Position numbers and translations under genes: made by a program. From an uncultured Gammaproteobacteria bacterium (GTDB taxonomy: Bacteria; Pseudomonadota; Gammaproteobacteria; JASBUN01), in NCBI GenBank assembly GCA_963762165.1, contig CAVXJN010000001.1, positions 570,900-634,899 on the forward strand: DNA of 64,000 nucleotides. Direction: 5' to 3'. A model generated the notes under the pieces. The model was not told the origin of the DNA. It saw only the letters and a list, made by a program, of their open reading frames with translations, and made no database searches. Below are positions 17,868 through 28,275 of the stretch, one piece after another (position 1 is the first letter of the stretch; each line of letters starts with the position of its first letter).

Positions 17868-19090
17868 ATGCGCGTTCTAGCACTCCCTTATACGCAGATG
17901 CTTTCCCATGTCAGCCGACCGCTGCTGGTCGCCCAGGAACTGAGAAACCGCGGCTGGGAGGTCATCTTTCGCGGGCGAAGGCCGGTACGCCGATTTCATT
18001 GCTCAAGCCGGATTCCCAGTTTTGCCGCTGGCGGAACCGGACCCCAGAAAACTCTTGGAAAACATCCGTAAGGGCAAAATGAGGTTCGTCACCGACGACG
18101 ATTTCCGGGACTGATAGAGGCGGATATGCTTTTATACCGGCAAGTGAAGCCAGATCTGGTACTCTCCGACTTCCGTTTTTCTGCGCCCATCTCAGCCCAG
18201 GTGGCAGGCATCCCGCACGCAGCCATCGTGAATGCTTCTTCGACGCAATATCGCGCCCTGCCCTATGTGCCGGTGTTCGGCAGGTTGCAGCGCGGCTGAC
18301 CGAACCCGCGCCAACGCTGAGCGCTGTGCTCAACCGCTTCAATGTCGGCCTAGAGATCCGCATTTTTAATCGAGCGATGAGCATTTTTACCCGGCTCAGT
18401 AGAAAATATGGTCTCCAAAAGACCGTTACTGCCACCAACTGCTTAGCCGGCGCCGATCTGACATTGATCGCCGACATTCCCGAATATTTTCCGACCCGAC
18501 GATTGCCCCCCGACTACCATTTCGTCGGTCCCCTGGCGCTTAAAAGCGACGCACCGGCTTCATCCTGGTGGCCGCCGAAAAGAACCGGGCGACCGCTGGT
18601 CTACTTCACGATGGGCACAACGGGATTGGGAGCGTTTTTCCAGTCAGCGCAGAAACTCTTGGCCGATTCTGACATCAGCGCCGTAATCACCACCGGCCAG
18701 CAGGCTGAGGGTATTCATTCTATCGATGACAGGATCTATGTCGAACCATTCATAAACGGCGACCTGGTGATGGAGGTATGTGATCTCGTCGTGTGCCACG
18801 GAGGCAACGGCACCGTTTACCAAGCCCTGCAGTACGGCAAACCGATTATCGGAATTCCCACGCTAGCGGATCAGCAATTCAACATGCGCATGGTGGAACG
18901 CTTGGGCGCCGGGCGGATGATGTCCTGGCACCGATTCCATCGTTACCCCAATTCACTAATGGATCTGATCCATGAGACTATGGAAGATTCATCGATACTG
19001 CACAATGCCGCTCGGCTGCGAGACTCTCTCGCCGAATATCATGCGGCCGATAACGCTGCAGACCTTATGACACAGCACTTTTCGCCACGC
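17868..19090 (+). pseudogene. GT1-family (UDP-glycosyltransferase/MGT-like) glycosyltransferase, disrupted by at least two frameshifts
   Basis: N-terminus MRVLALPYTQMLSHVSRPLLVAQELRNRGWEV in one frame, middle ...DLVLSDFRFSAPISAQVAGIPHAAIVNA in a second, C-terminal GT1 motif HGGNGTVYQALQYGKPIIGIPTLADQQFN in a third (ORF 18326..19171). Confidence 0.65.
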
Positions 19091-19122
19091 CGCGCGAGAT
19101 CGGCTGACGGCGCTACACCTGC

Positions 19123-20397
19123 GTGCCAAGCGCTGCTTCGGCGATCGGTGGACATAGCGAGGACGTGCTAGTGATTCATCCGCCCGAACAGCGAGCTTTC
19201 GTCAAAATCTGGAACGGCGCCGCGCGCCGCCTCGCCGTACCCGTACTACGCCCGTCACTCATGCTTGCCGACGTTGTCGATACGGCGCGGAAGAGGACCA
19301 GATATGACGGCTCCAACGGACTCAACATACTTGAGCCGCTGGAGATCCTCCTGACTTCTCTGCGTGATTCGGGCGATTTGCACGCGTTCGGACAATTCTA
19401 CGTTAGAGCCGTGATCACGAACTTGCTGGAAAACCGACTGAAATTATTTAACTTCTGGCAACAACGCCCTGATATTCTAAGGCAGCGGTTAGAACGGCCG
19501 GTGTTCATACTGGGACTTCCCCGTACCGGCACATCGCTTCTGTTCGACCTACTTTCGCGCGATCCCTGTCATCGATTTTTATCCAACTGGGAAACTACTG
19601 TTTCCCAAATAGACCCAATCGCGAGGCAGCCGGGAGGAAGATCCCGGCGCAGAATCGGTAAACGCCTCGTGCGTTTGCAGGACTATCTGGCGCCAGACTT
19701 AAAGAGCATTCACCGCTTTCACCTCGATGGTCCTGAGGAATGCACGCCTCTGCTGATGCAAAGCCTCAGTACCCAGGCACTTGCCGGAATGTTCAATGCC
19801 CCCGCTTATTCAGCGTGGCTCGACTCGGCACCCCATCTGGAGACATATCGCCATCACAGGCGGACACTTCAAACATTGCAGTGGACGTATCCTGCGCAGC
19901 GCTGGCTACTCAAGTCGCCTGACCATACGGCTGCAGTTAACGCCATTCTGGAAGTCTATCCAGACGCTTGCTTGATCCAATTGCACCGCGACCCGGCCAA
20001 ATCCGTTTCCTCCTGGGCCGATTTAAATGCCGTATTTCGCGAATCTATAGCCGTGTCGTGGACCGTCAATTGTTGGGACAGCAAGTACTGGAAAGGCTGA
20101 CACCGACATGGCCAGCTGTCTACGGCAGCGACAAACGTTCTCCCCGGCCAGATACTGGATTTGCAATACAATGACCTCATATCCGACCCCATCGGCACGG
20201 TGCGGCGGATTTACGTGCATTTTGACCTGCAATTATCCGCCGGTACTTTAACGGCTATCCAAACCTTGCTAGAGAGTCCTCGTCGTTCTAAAAGTGCGCA
20301 CCGTTATCGTCCCGAAGACTTTGGCTTGACCACTGGCGAGATCCACGAATACTTCGCAACTTATATGCAGCTTTTCTCTATTCCGACCGAAGACTAA
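19123..20397 (+). pseudogene. Sulfotransferase-family protein (PAPS-dependent), disrupted by two frameshifts near 20030 and 20140
   Basis: 5'-PSB motif ILGLPRTGTSLLFDLLSRDP; C-terminal conserved ...LDLQYNDLISDPIGTVRRIYVHF...HRYRPEDFGL only in other frames (ORFs 19968..20174 and 20161..20397). Confidence 0.6.
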
Positions 20398-20478
20398 TTA
20401 ATTCCGCAGCCGCGCCAATCATCGCGGACTCACTCATCGCAACGGTTCGCGGGCAAGAACAGTGCATACGCTCAAGGA

Positions 20479-21057
20479 ATGCAAAGGATGAGACTAAGCA
20501 CCATCACTGCTATCGGATCCAGCATATCAGTGGCGGCAACCAGTCTGGCTGCCCTTGGGCATGCCAGTAAGCTTTTGCTATTTTCCTTCGCGGGCATTGC
20601 TGCGGTATGTATTACGTCACTCTTGGCATGGAGTTACGTCTTTATCGCCAACGCCGAGTCCAAAATTCCCTCGAGGTGCCGGTATTGCCTCCGGCTTCAC
20701 ATCGCGTTGCATCTCGTACCCGCAGGCTTCTTGGCTATGAAACTGATTTACCGCGCCCCCGAGCGCTGGGACGCTTGGTACCTCCTTTTAGTGATAGCAT
20801 TTTTCTGGACCGGAAGGGAAACCTGGCGAACGATGTATCAGTACACCAGGTCCATACAATATTTGCTATTTTTTCGTGGCAATACGGGGCTGTTGATCAT
20901 GGCTCCTATAATGCTGACGCTAGGTCATCTATTTCCGCACACTTTTTTCGTCCACGCATTCGAGCGTTTGCTGCTGGTGTACTTCGCCATTCACCTGATA
21001 CTGACCGGTCCTGCCATAATTAAACTGGAGAAGGATATCGAGGTACGAACTTCGTAA
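20479..21057 (+). CDS. Hypothetical integral membrane protein (no recognised family)
   Basis: 192-aa ORF with 5-6 predicted TM segments, in a lower-GC patch; weak RBS; no homolog recalled. Confidence 0.35.
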   Translation: MQRMRLSTITAIGSSISVAATSLAALGHASKLLLFSFAGIAAVCITSLLAWSYVFIANAESKIPSRCRYCLRLHIALHLVPAGFLAMKLIYRAPERWDAWYLLLVIAFFWTGRETWRTMYQYTRSIQYLLFFRGNTGLLIMAPIMLTLGHLFPHTFFVHAFERLLLVYFAIHLILTGPAIIKLEKDIEVRTS

Positions 21058-21128
21058 CGTGCGACCGCGGCCGGATGACTAACGACGAGCATGCTAGCGG
21101 GGTACAAATATGTCAATTCTCGGCTGCG

Positions 21129-23911
21129 CTATCCATAGACCGCTTCAAGTCTTTCGCGGCCAATTCCACTCTGGATCGAGCGTCTCGTTAGTAACGGATC
21201 GACGATACGTCGTGCGTCGCGTTTCGCGTCGTCTTTCAGTAGCGCACGTGCCAAGTCAAGCTGAATTCGCGCATCGTTCGGTACAATTTTAGCAGCCTGT
21301 TGCAGTGTAGAAAGCGCCAGCTTGGTTTGACCGTTTCTTAGCAGCAACATGCCCATTGTGTCGAGCACCTGCGGGTCGTTAGGCGCCAGTTGTTGAGCGC
21401 GCTCAGCAACCGAAAGTGCGCGCGGGAGATTCTGATCCCGCAGTAGCCAGGCGACATTGTTCAACGCCCGAATATTGGATGGCGAGTGCTCCAAGACTTG
21501 CTCGTAAGTTTTCAAGGCATCGCTTGATTGATCGTTCGATAGGTACGCGCCGGCGAGTTGCATCGAAACCGGTGTATCGCGCGGGTGCTTGTCGACCCAA
21601 GTGCGCATGACCTGGACGGCACGATTGCGCTTATGCTGCGCCCAAAGTGCCCGCGACCAGAGCAATGTCAGCTCTGATCCGGCTTCTTTGCTGTCGCCTG
21701 CTCTAACTTCTGGGCAGCTGCGGCGTAATCACCAGTGAGTAACGCATACCATCCTTCTAGGCCCAACACCTCGACGCGGTCACCGAATTCCGCCCGTAGT
21801 TGCTTGATCTGGATATCCGCATCGTGGATGCGACGCTCCTGTACCATCAGCTTGATCTTACCGATTCGCGCCGGCAAATACTTGGGATCAAGCGAAGTCG
21901 CTTTATCGACCGCCTCGCGTGCGGCCTCCAATTCACCGTTACGTGCCAACGCCTCCCCATACATAAAATTGGCCTCTGGCGACTTGGGAGCAATTTCTTT
22001 CCATTTCTTAAACGATCCCTTGGCACCCAACACGTCGCCAGTCATCAGCTCCGTCCTACCCTTAATGTCGAGCAACCGGGGACACTGGTTAAGTTGACTG
22101 GGCCCAATGTCGCGCGTCAGCTTCATACGTCGTCGAACCGGTCTTGCTCGAACAACCGCTTGGCCAGTGCGAAGCGAATCTCCACCGATTGGGGATTTCT
22201 GCTCAGCGCATTAGAAAGGAGGTCAGTTGCTTTTTGTGGCTGCCCTTGGCCGTCAGTAATTTCGCCAGCAAGAGAGCCGCATCCTGATCTTGGACCTTCT
22301 TCTTGAGGTATCCCGTCAATAAAGATTCTGCTTTATCGAGGTGCCCCTGCTGACGCTCCGGCTTCGCGAGGTTTTTCACTGCAGTAGGGTCAGTCGAGTC
22401 CAACTCCAGGACTTCGTTTAGATATTTTCGCGCCTCGCTCCAATCCGCTGTAGCGAGATAACACCCGGCGAGCAGGTTCAAAGGATCTATCCGCTCCGGA
22501 AACTGCTCGTGTAGCTTTTTCGCCCTGGTCACGGCCAGCTCGAAGTTGCGCGCCTTAAACGCCTCGATCGCATACAATAACTTTCGCACGTATTCCTGCT
22601 GCGCGCTCGCATTACCCGTAGCACCCGCGTCCACTGCGTTGTCGAGCTGCTGATTATTCAGGAGCTTTGCCACCATCAAAGTATAGTTCTCACCGGGTGA
22701 ACCTGAATGCGGGTCCTCGATTTGCTTGGCATATTCCATAGCGCGCTTTGGGTCACCTTCGAGCCATGAAAGCGTTGCTGACAGCCGGAGTATCTCCGCG
22801 TCGTTTGCGTGCCGAGCACGCGCCTGCTGCAGAATCTGGTCCGCCTCTTCCAATTTTGATTGCCGCAGATACACGGCAGCGAGAATGCGTTGGGGGCCGA
22901 CCGCGTACGGCGCTTGTGATGAGGCTTTCTGCGCGAACTGGAGGGCTTGCTCTAAGTTACCCAAAATCAAGTTGGTCGCGGCCAAATACATGGTGGCTTG
23001 ATAAAAATCGGGCACGCGATTGATTGCTGACTGAAATTCCGCCTCGGCCTGGCGATACTTCCGCTGCTTGAAGTAATTGATGCCCGCCACGTAATTGACG
23101 TACGGATGTTTCCGCAGGCCGTATTTCTTTAATGTACGCAGATCTTCGTCCGCTTCGTCGTACTTTCCCTGCTGAGCACGCGCCAAGGCGCGCTTGGCTA
23201 CGTCCGTATTGACATAATGACGGAGGGCAATCGCTTTACTGAACGCCTTTTCCGCCTCATCGGCTTTACCTTCGCTCAGGGCCATCTCCCCAAGCAAGCT
23301 CCAGCTGGCTGCGACATCAGGGTGTTGCTTTTGAACATTCTTCAGTTGCTCTCGCGCCCCAGTCAAGTCACCTTGACGCCACGCTAGCTGCGCGATACCC
23401 ACCTGCGCCTCCGGATAGTCATTGACGACACCCAGCGCATGTCGGTACGATTCGTCGGCATCACGAACGCGGCCCGACCCTAAATAGGCGTGGCCGCGCA
23501 ATGTCCAGTACTCCGCCTGCACGGGCGCCGGCGAGTCTGCCGCGGGCGGCTTCTGGCGCAAATTTCGTCGATCTGAGCTTCCAAAAACTCCGCTCTCATC
23601 AGCGGTACCACGACGGCATCCTCGCTTACACCGAGATTCATGGCGCGCCGCAGTTCTTTTTCTGCGCTTGCGCCATCTCCCAACTCGATGTAGGTGCGAC
23701 CCAATAACCAGCGAGCTTCAGGATTATCTGGATTGACCTGGAGCGCGTTCTTAAGGTCGATGGCCGCGGCTTGGTAATTCCCGCCGTCCCGCGCGTCTTT
23801 TGCGCGCTGTCCGTGCTAGAAATAGGTAAAATTGGTGTCTGAACTGCACCCCGAAATCGCTGTCAGAATCGCGATCGAGAGGCCCGAAAAGATAACTTTC
23901 AACGTCTGCAT
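21129..23911 (-). pseudogene. Second PrsT-like PEP-CTERM system TPR-repeat lipoprotein, degraded (nonsense codon plus several frameshifts)
   Basis: Starts MQTLKVIFSGLSIAILTAISGCSSD (lipobox); in-frame TAG at 23816-23818 after 31 codons; continues colinear with PrsT through ORFs 23480..23704, 22203..23561, 21668..22126 and 21129..21665; total span about 858 codons. Confidence 0.7.
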
Positions 23912-23971
23912 ATTACCCGCATCCTACACAGTGGATTCAAATCACGCCATAAGCTGCACTGCCTGGGCCCG

Positions 23972-26836
23972 CTAACCCCTAGTCTTGAGTTCTCGCAGAA
24001 GCGCCTTCGCGTCCTCGGCTTCGGGAAAACCGGGGTTTGATTTCAACAGTCTCTGCAACTCTTTGCGCGCTTCGATGGCGTTTCCCGCCGCATTCAACGC
24101 CACCGCGTAATGGTATTGTATGCTGCCGATATGCGGAGCCCTCGCGACTGCCATGCGAAGCATTTTCAGACCTCCTTCGACATTTCCGGTCTGTAGCAGC
24201 ATCCAACCATAGGTGTCGATGATTTCCGGCTGATCCTGTTTGAGTTCATAGGCTTTTTTTGCGAGACTTAATGCGTTGCTTTGCTCATTCTGGTCAAGAT
24301 ACAGCCATGCCAGATTATTTAATATAATCGCGTTATTAGGCTGTAGTTTATTGGCCGCTGCGTATTGGTCGATCGCCTCCTCGCGGTGTCCGGTCGACTG
24401 TAGCTGAGAAGCCAACACCATACGTGCACGAACGTCCCTCGGATTCTGTTCAATCCAGGCGAGCAGTCCTTGTACGGCTTGAGTTCCGCGGCCCAAATTT
24501 TGCCTCATCTTAAAGAGCGCGATCGCTCTGTCACTCGTCGACTGGATCGCTTGCGCTTTCTCGAATGCGCGCTCTGCGGATTCATACTCGCGCTTCTGGA
24601 ATTCGGCCTTTCCCTCTAACTCAAACCCGACTCCTGACTTCGGATAATGTGTTTGGATCGTGCGCGCAGTCGCGATAACTTGCTCGTAATCGTCACGTGC
24701 AGCCTCGAGTTTGGCCCGCAACAACAGAGAGGGAAGATGATTCGGCGTTAAGTTCAATGCTTCCTGTAATTCCTTTTCGGCAGTGGCGCTGTCGCCGGAG
24801 ATCGCACGCGCATTTGCAAGCAGGTAGTGTGATTCACTTGACTTTGGCTCCACATTCACCAATCGCTCGAACGTCACCAAAGCGCTCGCTTTTTCACCGA
24901 CTGCAAGTTGTGCCCGCCCTAAGGTACGCAAAGCGCTAGGATGTCGAGGAAACTTATCGGCCAGTTGACGAGCGGTGCTCAACGCTTGCAGTGGGGTATT
25001 CTGGGACAGTTCCAAACGCGTCAACAATACCAGTGGCTCGAGAGCATCGGGATTTGCATCGCGCGCCTGCTGAAGGCGTTGTCGAACTACATCAGGCTTT
25101 CCCTCACCTTCAGCCAGGCGCGCGAGCTCCAACAGTATCTGCAAATTGCCGTGGTCGTAGTTCAATACCTCCGTGAGTCGTTTAATGGCGGAGTCACGGC
25201 GCCCTTCTCGCTCGTCCAATCGAGCTAGATTCAATCGCGCCGGTGTGAATTTGGGATCAATCTCCAGAGCCCTGTGCAAATACTTCCGTGCTTCCTTGGG
25301 CACTCCTTTGCTAAGATAGGCAGCCCCGATTACGTTATACGGCAGAGGGTTGTCCGGATGCCGCTTTGCCATGGCCTGTGCCGCTTTCAGCGCTTCTTCG
25401 TACTGCCCTTGGCGCAAGTGGACCATGACCAACAAAAGATCCGCCTGAATCAGATCAGGATCCAACTGTACAGCCGCCTCAAGCTCGGACACCGCACGCC
25501 CGGTATCTCCGCTACCCAGTTGACTGATGCCAAGCTGGGTCCTGATAGCAGCCTCATTGGGTGCCAGGTCCGCGGCGCGATTCAGGTACTCGCTTCCCTT
25601 TGTAAAGTCGCCGCTCTTCATGTACGCAGTACCCAGCAATGCAAAAAACTGGGGATCGTCCCCGACCGTCGGGATACGGGGCTCGAGCATCTGCAATGCG
25701 CCTTTAGGATCTCCCCGCTTGAGTCGCACGACCGCCAACAGTTTTACCGCACGCAGGTCGGAAGGTTGCATCGAGACGAATTTCTTCAAAAAACTTTCCG
25801 CTGTTTCCAGTTGCCCTTTCCGATAGTTCAGAACCCCGAGCAGCAGATTGGCTGGGGCGTAATCCGGGGCGCTACGCAGGATTTCGGTGAGCTGATTTTC
25901 AGCATCATCATTCTGATCCCGCCCCAACGCGATCAATGCGCGCATATACCGGGCAAGTACCAACCGGTTGGAGATCTGTCCGAGCGCATTGAGATCCTGT
26001 TCCGCCTCGTCGTACTTTCTCACCCCCAGATGCGCCGCCGCTTGCGCAATACGCAGACTGATGTGGTGCGGATTAAGTTGTACACCTTTGTCGTAAGCCG
26101 CCAAGGCATCCGTGAATTTGCCCTGATGCTGGAGCATGCGGCCTTTGAAAAGGTAGGCCTCAAGATAGTTTGGGTCGGCCGCAATCGCTTGCTCTGCGAG
26201 GGACGCGGCCCGCGCCTCATCGCCGTCCTGACGCGCGAATTGCGCCTCCAACAACAAGACTTTTGCGCTTTTGGGGGCCAGTTGACGCGCTAGTTCGAAT
26301 TCTTCGTGAGCCAGTTTTGGATTCCGATTAATCAATGCAGCATCGGCTCGCATGGCATGGATCTCGACTTGAAGCTCCTTGGAATCTCCTTTTTCCACCT
26401 GCAGGTCCTTGAGCACCTCGCCGGCTTTGTTTTGCCACAAGTCGCGCCTGGGCCAAGCGGAATCAGCCACTTGTCTCGAGGTGCACCCAGTGTCGCGGGC
26501 GCGCTGCAATTCCTTTTCAGCCGAAATCACATCACCGGCCCGCAAATAGGTGTTGCCCAGAAGAAGGCGCGCCTCCGCATCCTTCGGATCATTCTGAAGC
26601 GCGTTTTTGAGTTCGATCACAGCAGTGCGCAAGCGGTCGTTGCTGGAGCGCGTCCTTTGCGGACTGCAGATGGTCTCTGGGCTGCGAACGACGGCGCAGC
26701 CGCCGCACAGCGCAACCATCGCGGCTGCCATTAAGAGCGCCGCTTTCGGCAACATCGTGTGTTTGATCGGCTTTCCCATCGATTCCCTCCCGCAAGAACT
26801 TGCGTATCGCATACCTTTACGGCCCGCGATTGGCAT
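23972..26836 (-). CDS. prsT: PEP-CTERM system TPR-repeat lipoprotein PrsT
   Basis: 954-aa all-TPR protein with signal peptide (LLMAAAMVALCGGC) immediately downstream of prsK-prsR; start codon uncertain (possibly the internal Met at about 26755). Confidence 0.8.
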   Translation of the reverse strand: MPIAGRKGMRYASSCGRESMGKPIKHTMLPKAALLMAAAMVALCGGCAVVRSPETICSPQRTRSSNDRLRTAVIELKNALQNDPKDAEARLLLGNTYLRAGDVISAEKELQRARDTGCTSRQVADSAWPRRDLWQNKAGEVLKDLQVEKGDSKELQVEIHAMRADAALINRNPKLAHEEFELARQLAPKSAKVLLLEAQFARQDGDEARAASLAEQAIAADPNYLEAYLFKGRMLQHQGKFTDALAAYDKGVQLNPHHISLRIAQAAAHLGVRKYDEAEQDLNALGQISNRLVLARYMRALIALGRDQNDDAENQLTEILRSAPDYAPANLLLGVLNYRKGQLETAESFLKKFVSMQPSDLRAVKLLAVVRLKRGDPKGALQMLEPRIPTVGDDPQFFALLGTAYMKSGDFTKGSEYLNRAADLAPNEAAIRTQLGISQLGSGDTGRAVSELEAAVQLDPDLIQADLLLVMVHLRQGQYEEALKAAQAMAKRHPDNPLPYNVIGAAYLSKGVPKEARKYLHRALEIDPKFTPARLNLARLDEREGRRDSAIKRLTEVLNYDHGNLQILLELARLAEGEGKPDVVRQRLQQARDANPDALEPLVLLTRLELSQNTPLQALSTARQLADKFPRHPSALRTLGRAQLAVGEKASALVTFERLVNVEPKSSESHYLLANARAISGDSATAEKELQEALNLTPNHLPSLLLRAKLEAARDDYEQVIATARTIQTHYPKSGVGFELEGKAEFQKREYESAERAFEKAQAIQSTSDRAIALFKMRQNLGRGTQAVQGLLAWIEQNPRDVRARMVLASQLQSTGHREEAIDQYAAANKLQPNNAIILNNLAWLYLDQNEQSNALSLAKKAYELKQDQPEIIDTYGWMLLQTGNVEGGLKMLRMAVARAPHIGSIQYHYAVALNAAGNAIEARKELQRLLKSNPGFPEAEDAKALLRELKTRG

Positions 26837-26922
26837 GGTGACGCCTGATTAAGCCGCGAAGGATTCACGCCCAGGTCAGGACGGACCTGGCCGGATGCAA
26901 TCCGGCCGACTGCGGCTCGTAG

Positions 26923-28275
26923 TCAAGAGCGCATATTGAATTTATCCAGTAACGTATACAGCGTCGGACGCGTGATCCCCAACAATTCGGCCGCACGCGA
27001 CAGATTCCCATCCGCGACGGACAATGCACGCGAGAGTGCGTGCCGTTCGGCCTGCTCCCGTACCTGGCGAAGGTTGAACGGCATGCTTTCGTCCTGCGCC
27101 TCAGCCAGTTCCAGGTCTTCTGCCGTAACCTGTGTCCCCTCGGCCATGATCACCGAACGCTTCACCCGATTTTCCATCTCTCGGACATTGCCCGGCCACT
27201 GATAGTGCTCGATCGCGGCCAATGCTTCTTTGCTGAAGCTGCGCACGGAGCGGCTGTTCTTGTCGGCATAGCGCTTCAGAAAGGTACTCGCCAACACTAC
27301 CGCGTCGCCTTGACGGTCCCGCAGCGGAGGCACAATGAGCTTGATTTCGCTGATTCGGTAGTAGAGATCTTCTCGGAACGTGCCTTCCTGAATCAATTGC
27401 GTCAGGTCACGGTGCGTGGCGCAAACCACCCGTACATCCACGGCGATCTCGGCTCTGCCGCCCACTCGCTCGATCACGCGCTCCTGTAAAAAGCGCAACA
27501 ATTTGGCCTGCAGCGCCAACGGCAGATCGCCCACTTCGTCGAGAAACAGCGTGCCGCCGTCAGCGTATTCGATTTTACCTTTGGTCTGCTTGGCCGCGCC
27601 GGTGAAAGCGCCCTTCTCATAACCGAAAAGCTCGCTTTCCAGAAGGTTTTCAGGGATCGCGGCGCAATTGATGGCGACGAAACTGCCCTGGGCGCGGCTG
27701 CTCAGATTATGGATCGCTCTCGCCACCAGTTCTTTGCCGGTACCGCTCTCCCCCAAGATGATCGTCGTCGCGTCCGTGGGCGCCACTTTTTCCACGGTCC
27801 GACATACTTTGAGCATTTCCGGGCTGGTGGCGATGATCCCCTCCAGAGGCGAATCGCCTTTTGCGCTGGCGAGGCGGCGGTTCTCGTCTTCCAATTCATA
27901 CACGCGGTAGGCGCGCTCGATGATCAACCCCAGGATTTCCGGTTCGATGGGTTTCTGGTAGAAGTCGTACGCTCCAAGGGCGATGGAACGCACGGCGTTT
28001 TCCCGATCTTCATTGCCCGTCACGACAATGATCTTGGTGTGCGGCGCAAGTCGCAAAATCTCCTCCAGCGTCGCAAGTCCCTCGCTGGCATTTGCCGGAT
28101 CCGGAGGCAGCCCGAGATCCAAAGTCACCACGGCCGGCTCGTGCCGGCGCAGTTCGTTAATAGCCGTCTCCTTGTCCCCCGCGATCAGCACATCGTAGTG
28201 CTCAAACGACCAGCGGAGCTGGCTTTGCAATCCGGGATCGTCCTCAATTACCAGTAGTGTTTTATTGGCTGTCAA
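26923..28275 (-). CDS. prsR: PEP-CTERM-box response regulator PrsR (NtrC-family sigma-54 activator)
   Basis: Receiver domain (DDPGL...TLDLGLPP), AAA+ sigma-54 interaction domain (GESGTGKE, GAFTGA), C-terminal Fis-type HTH; start overlaps prsK stop (ATGA). Confidence 0.85.
   Translation of the reverse strand: MTANKTLLVIEDDPGLQSQLRWSFEHYDVLIAGDKETAINELRRHEPAVVTLDLGLPPDPANASEGLATLEEILRLAPHTKIIVVTGNEDRENAVRSIALGAYDFYQKPIEPEILGLIIERAYRVYELEDENRRLASAKGDSPLEGIIATSPEMLKVCRTVEKVAPTDATTIILGESGTGKELVARAIHNLSSRAQGSFVAINCAAIPENLLESELFGYEKGAFTGAAKQTKGKIEYADGGTLFLDEVGDLPLALQAKLLRFLQERVIERVGGRAEIAVDVRVVCATHRDLTQLIQEGTFREDLYYRISEIKLIVPPLRDRQGDAVVLASTFLKRYADKNSRSVRSFSKEALAAIEHYQWPGNVREMENRVKRSVIMAEGTQVTAEDLELAEAQDESMPFNLRQVREQAERHALSRALSVADGNLSRAAELLGITRPTLYTLLDKFNMRS

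Noticed and set aside
25274-26293. 339-aa plus-strand ORF inside prsT, and similar long antisense ORFs inside tviB (33033..33899), hisS (38077..39177), secD (48993..50168), glgC (60173..60985) and queA (52494..53300)
   Set aside because: Typical antisense open frames of high-GC genes; in each case the opposite-strand gene has strong family-level support.
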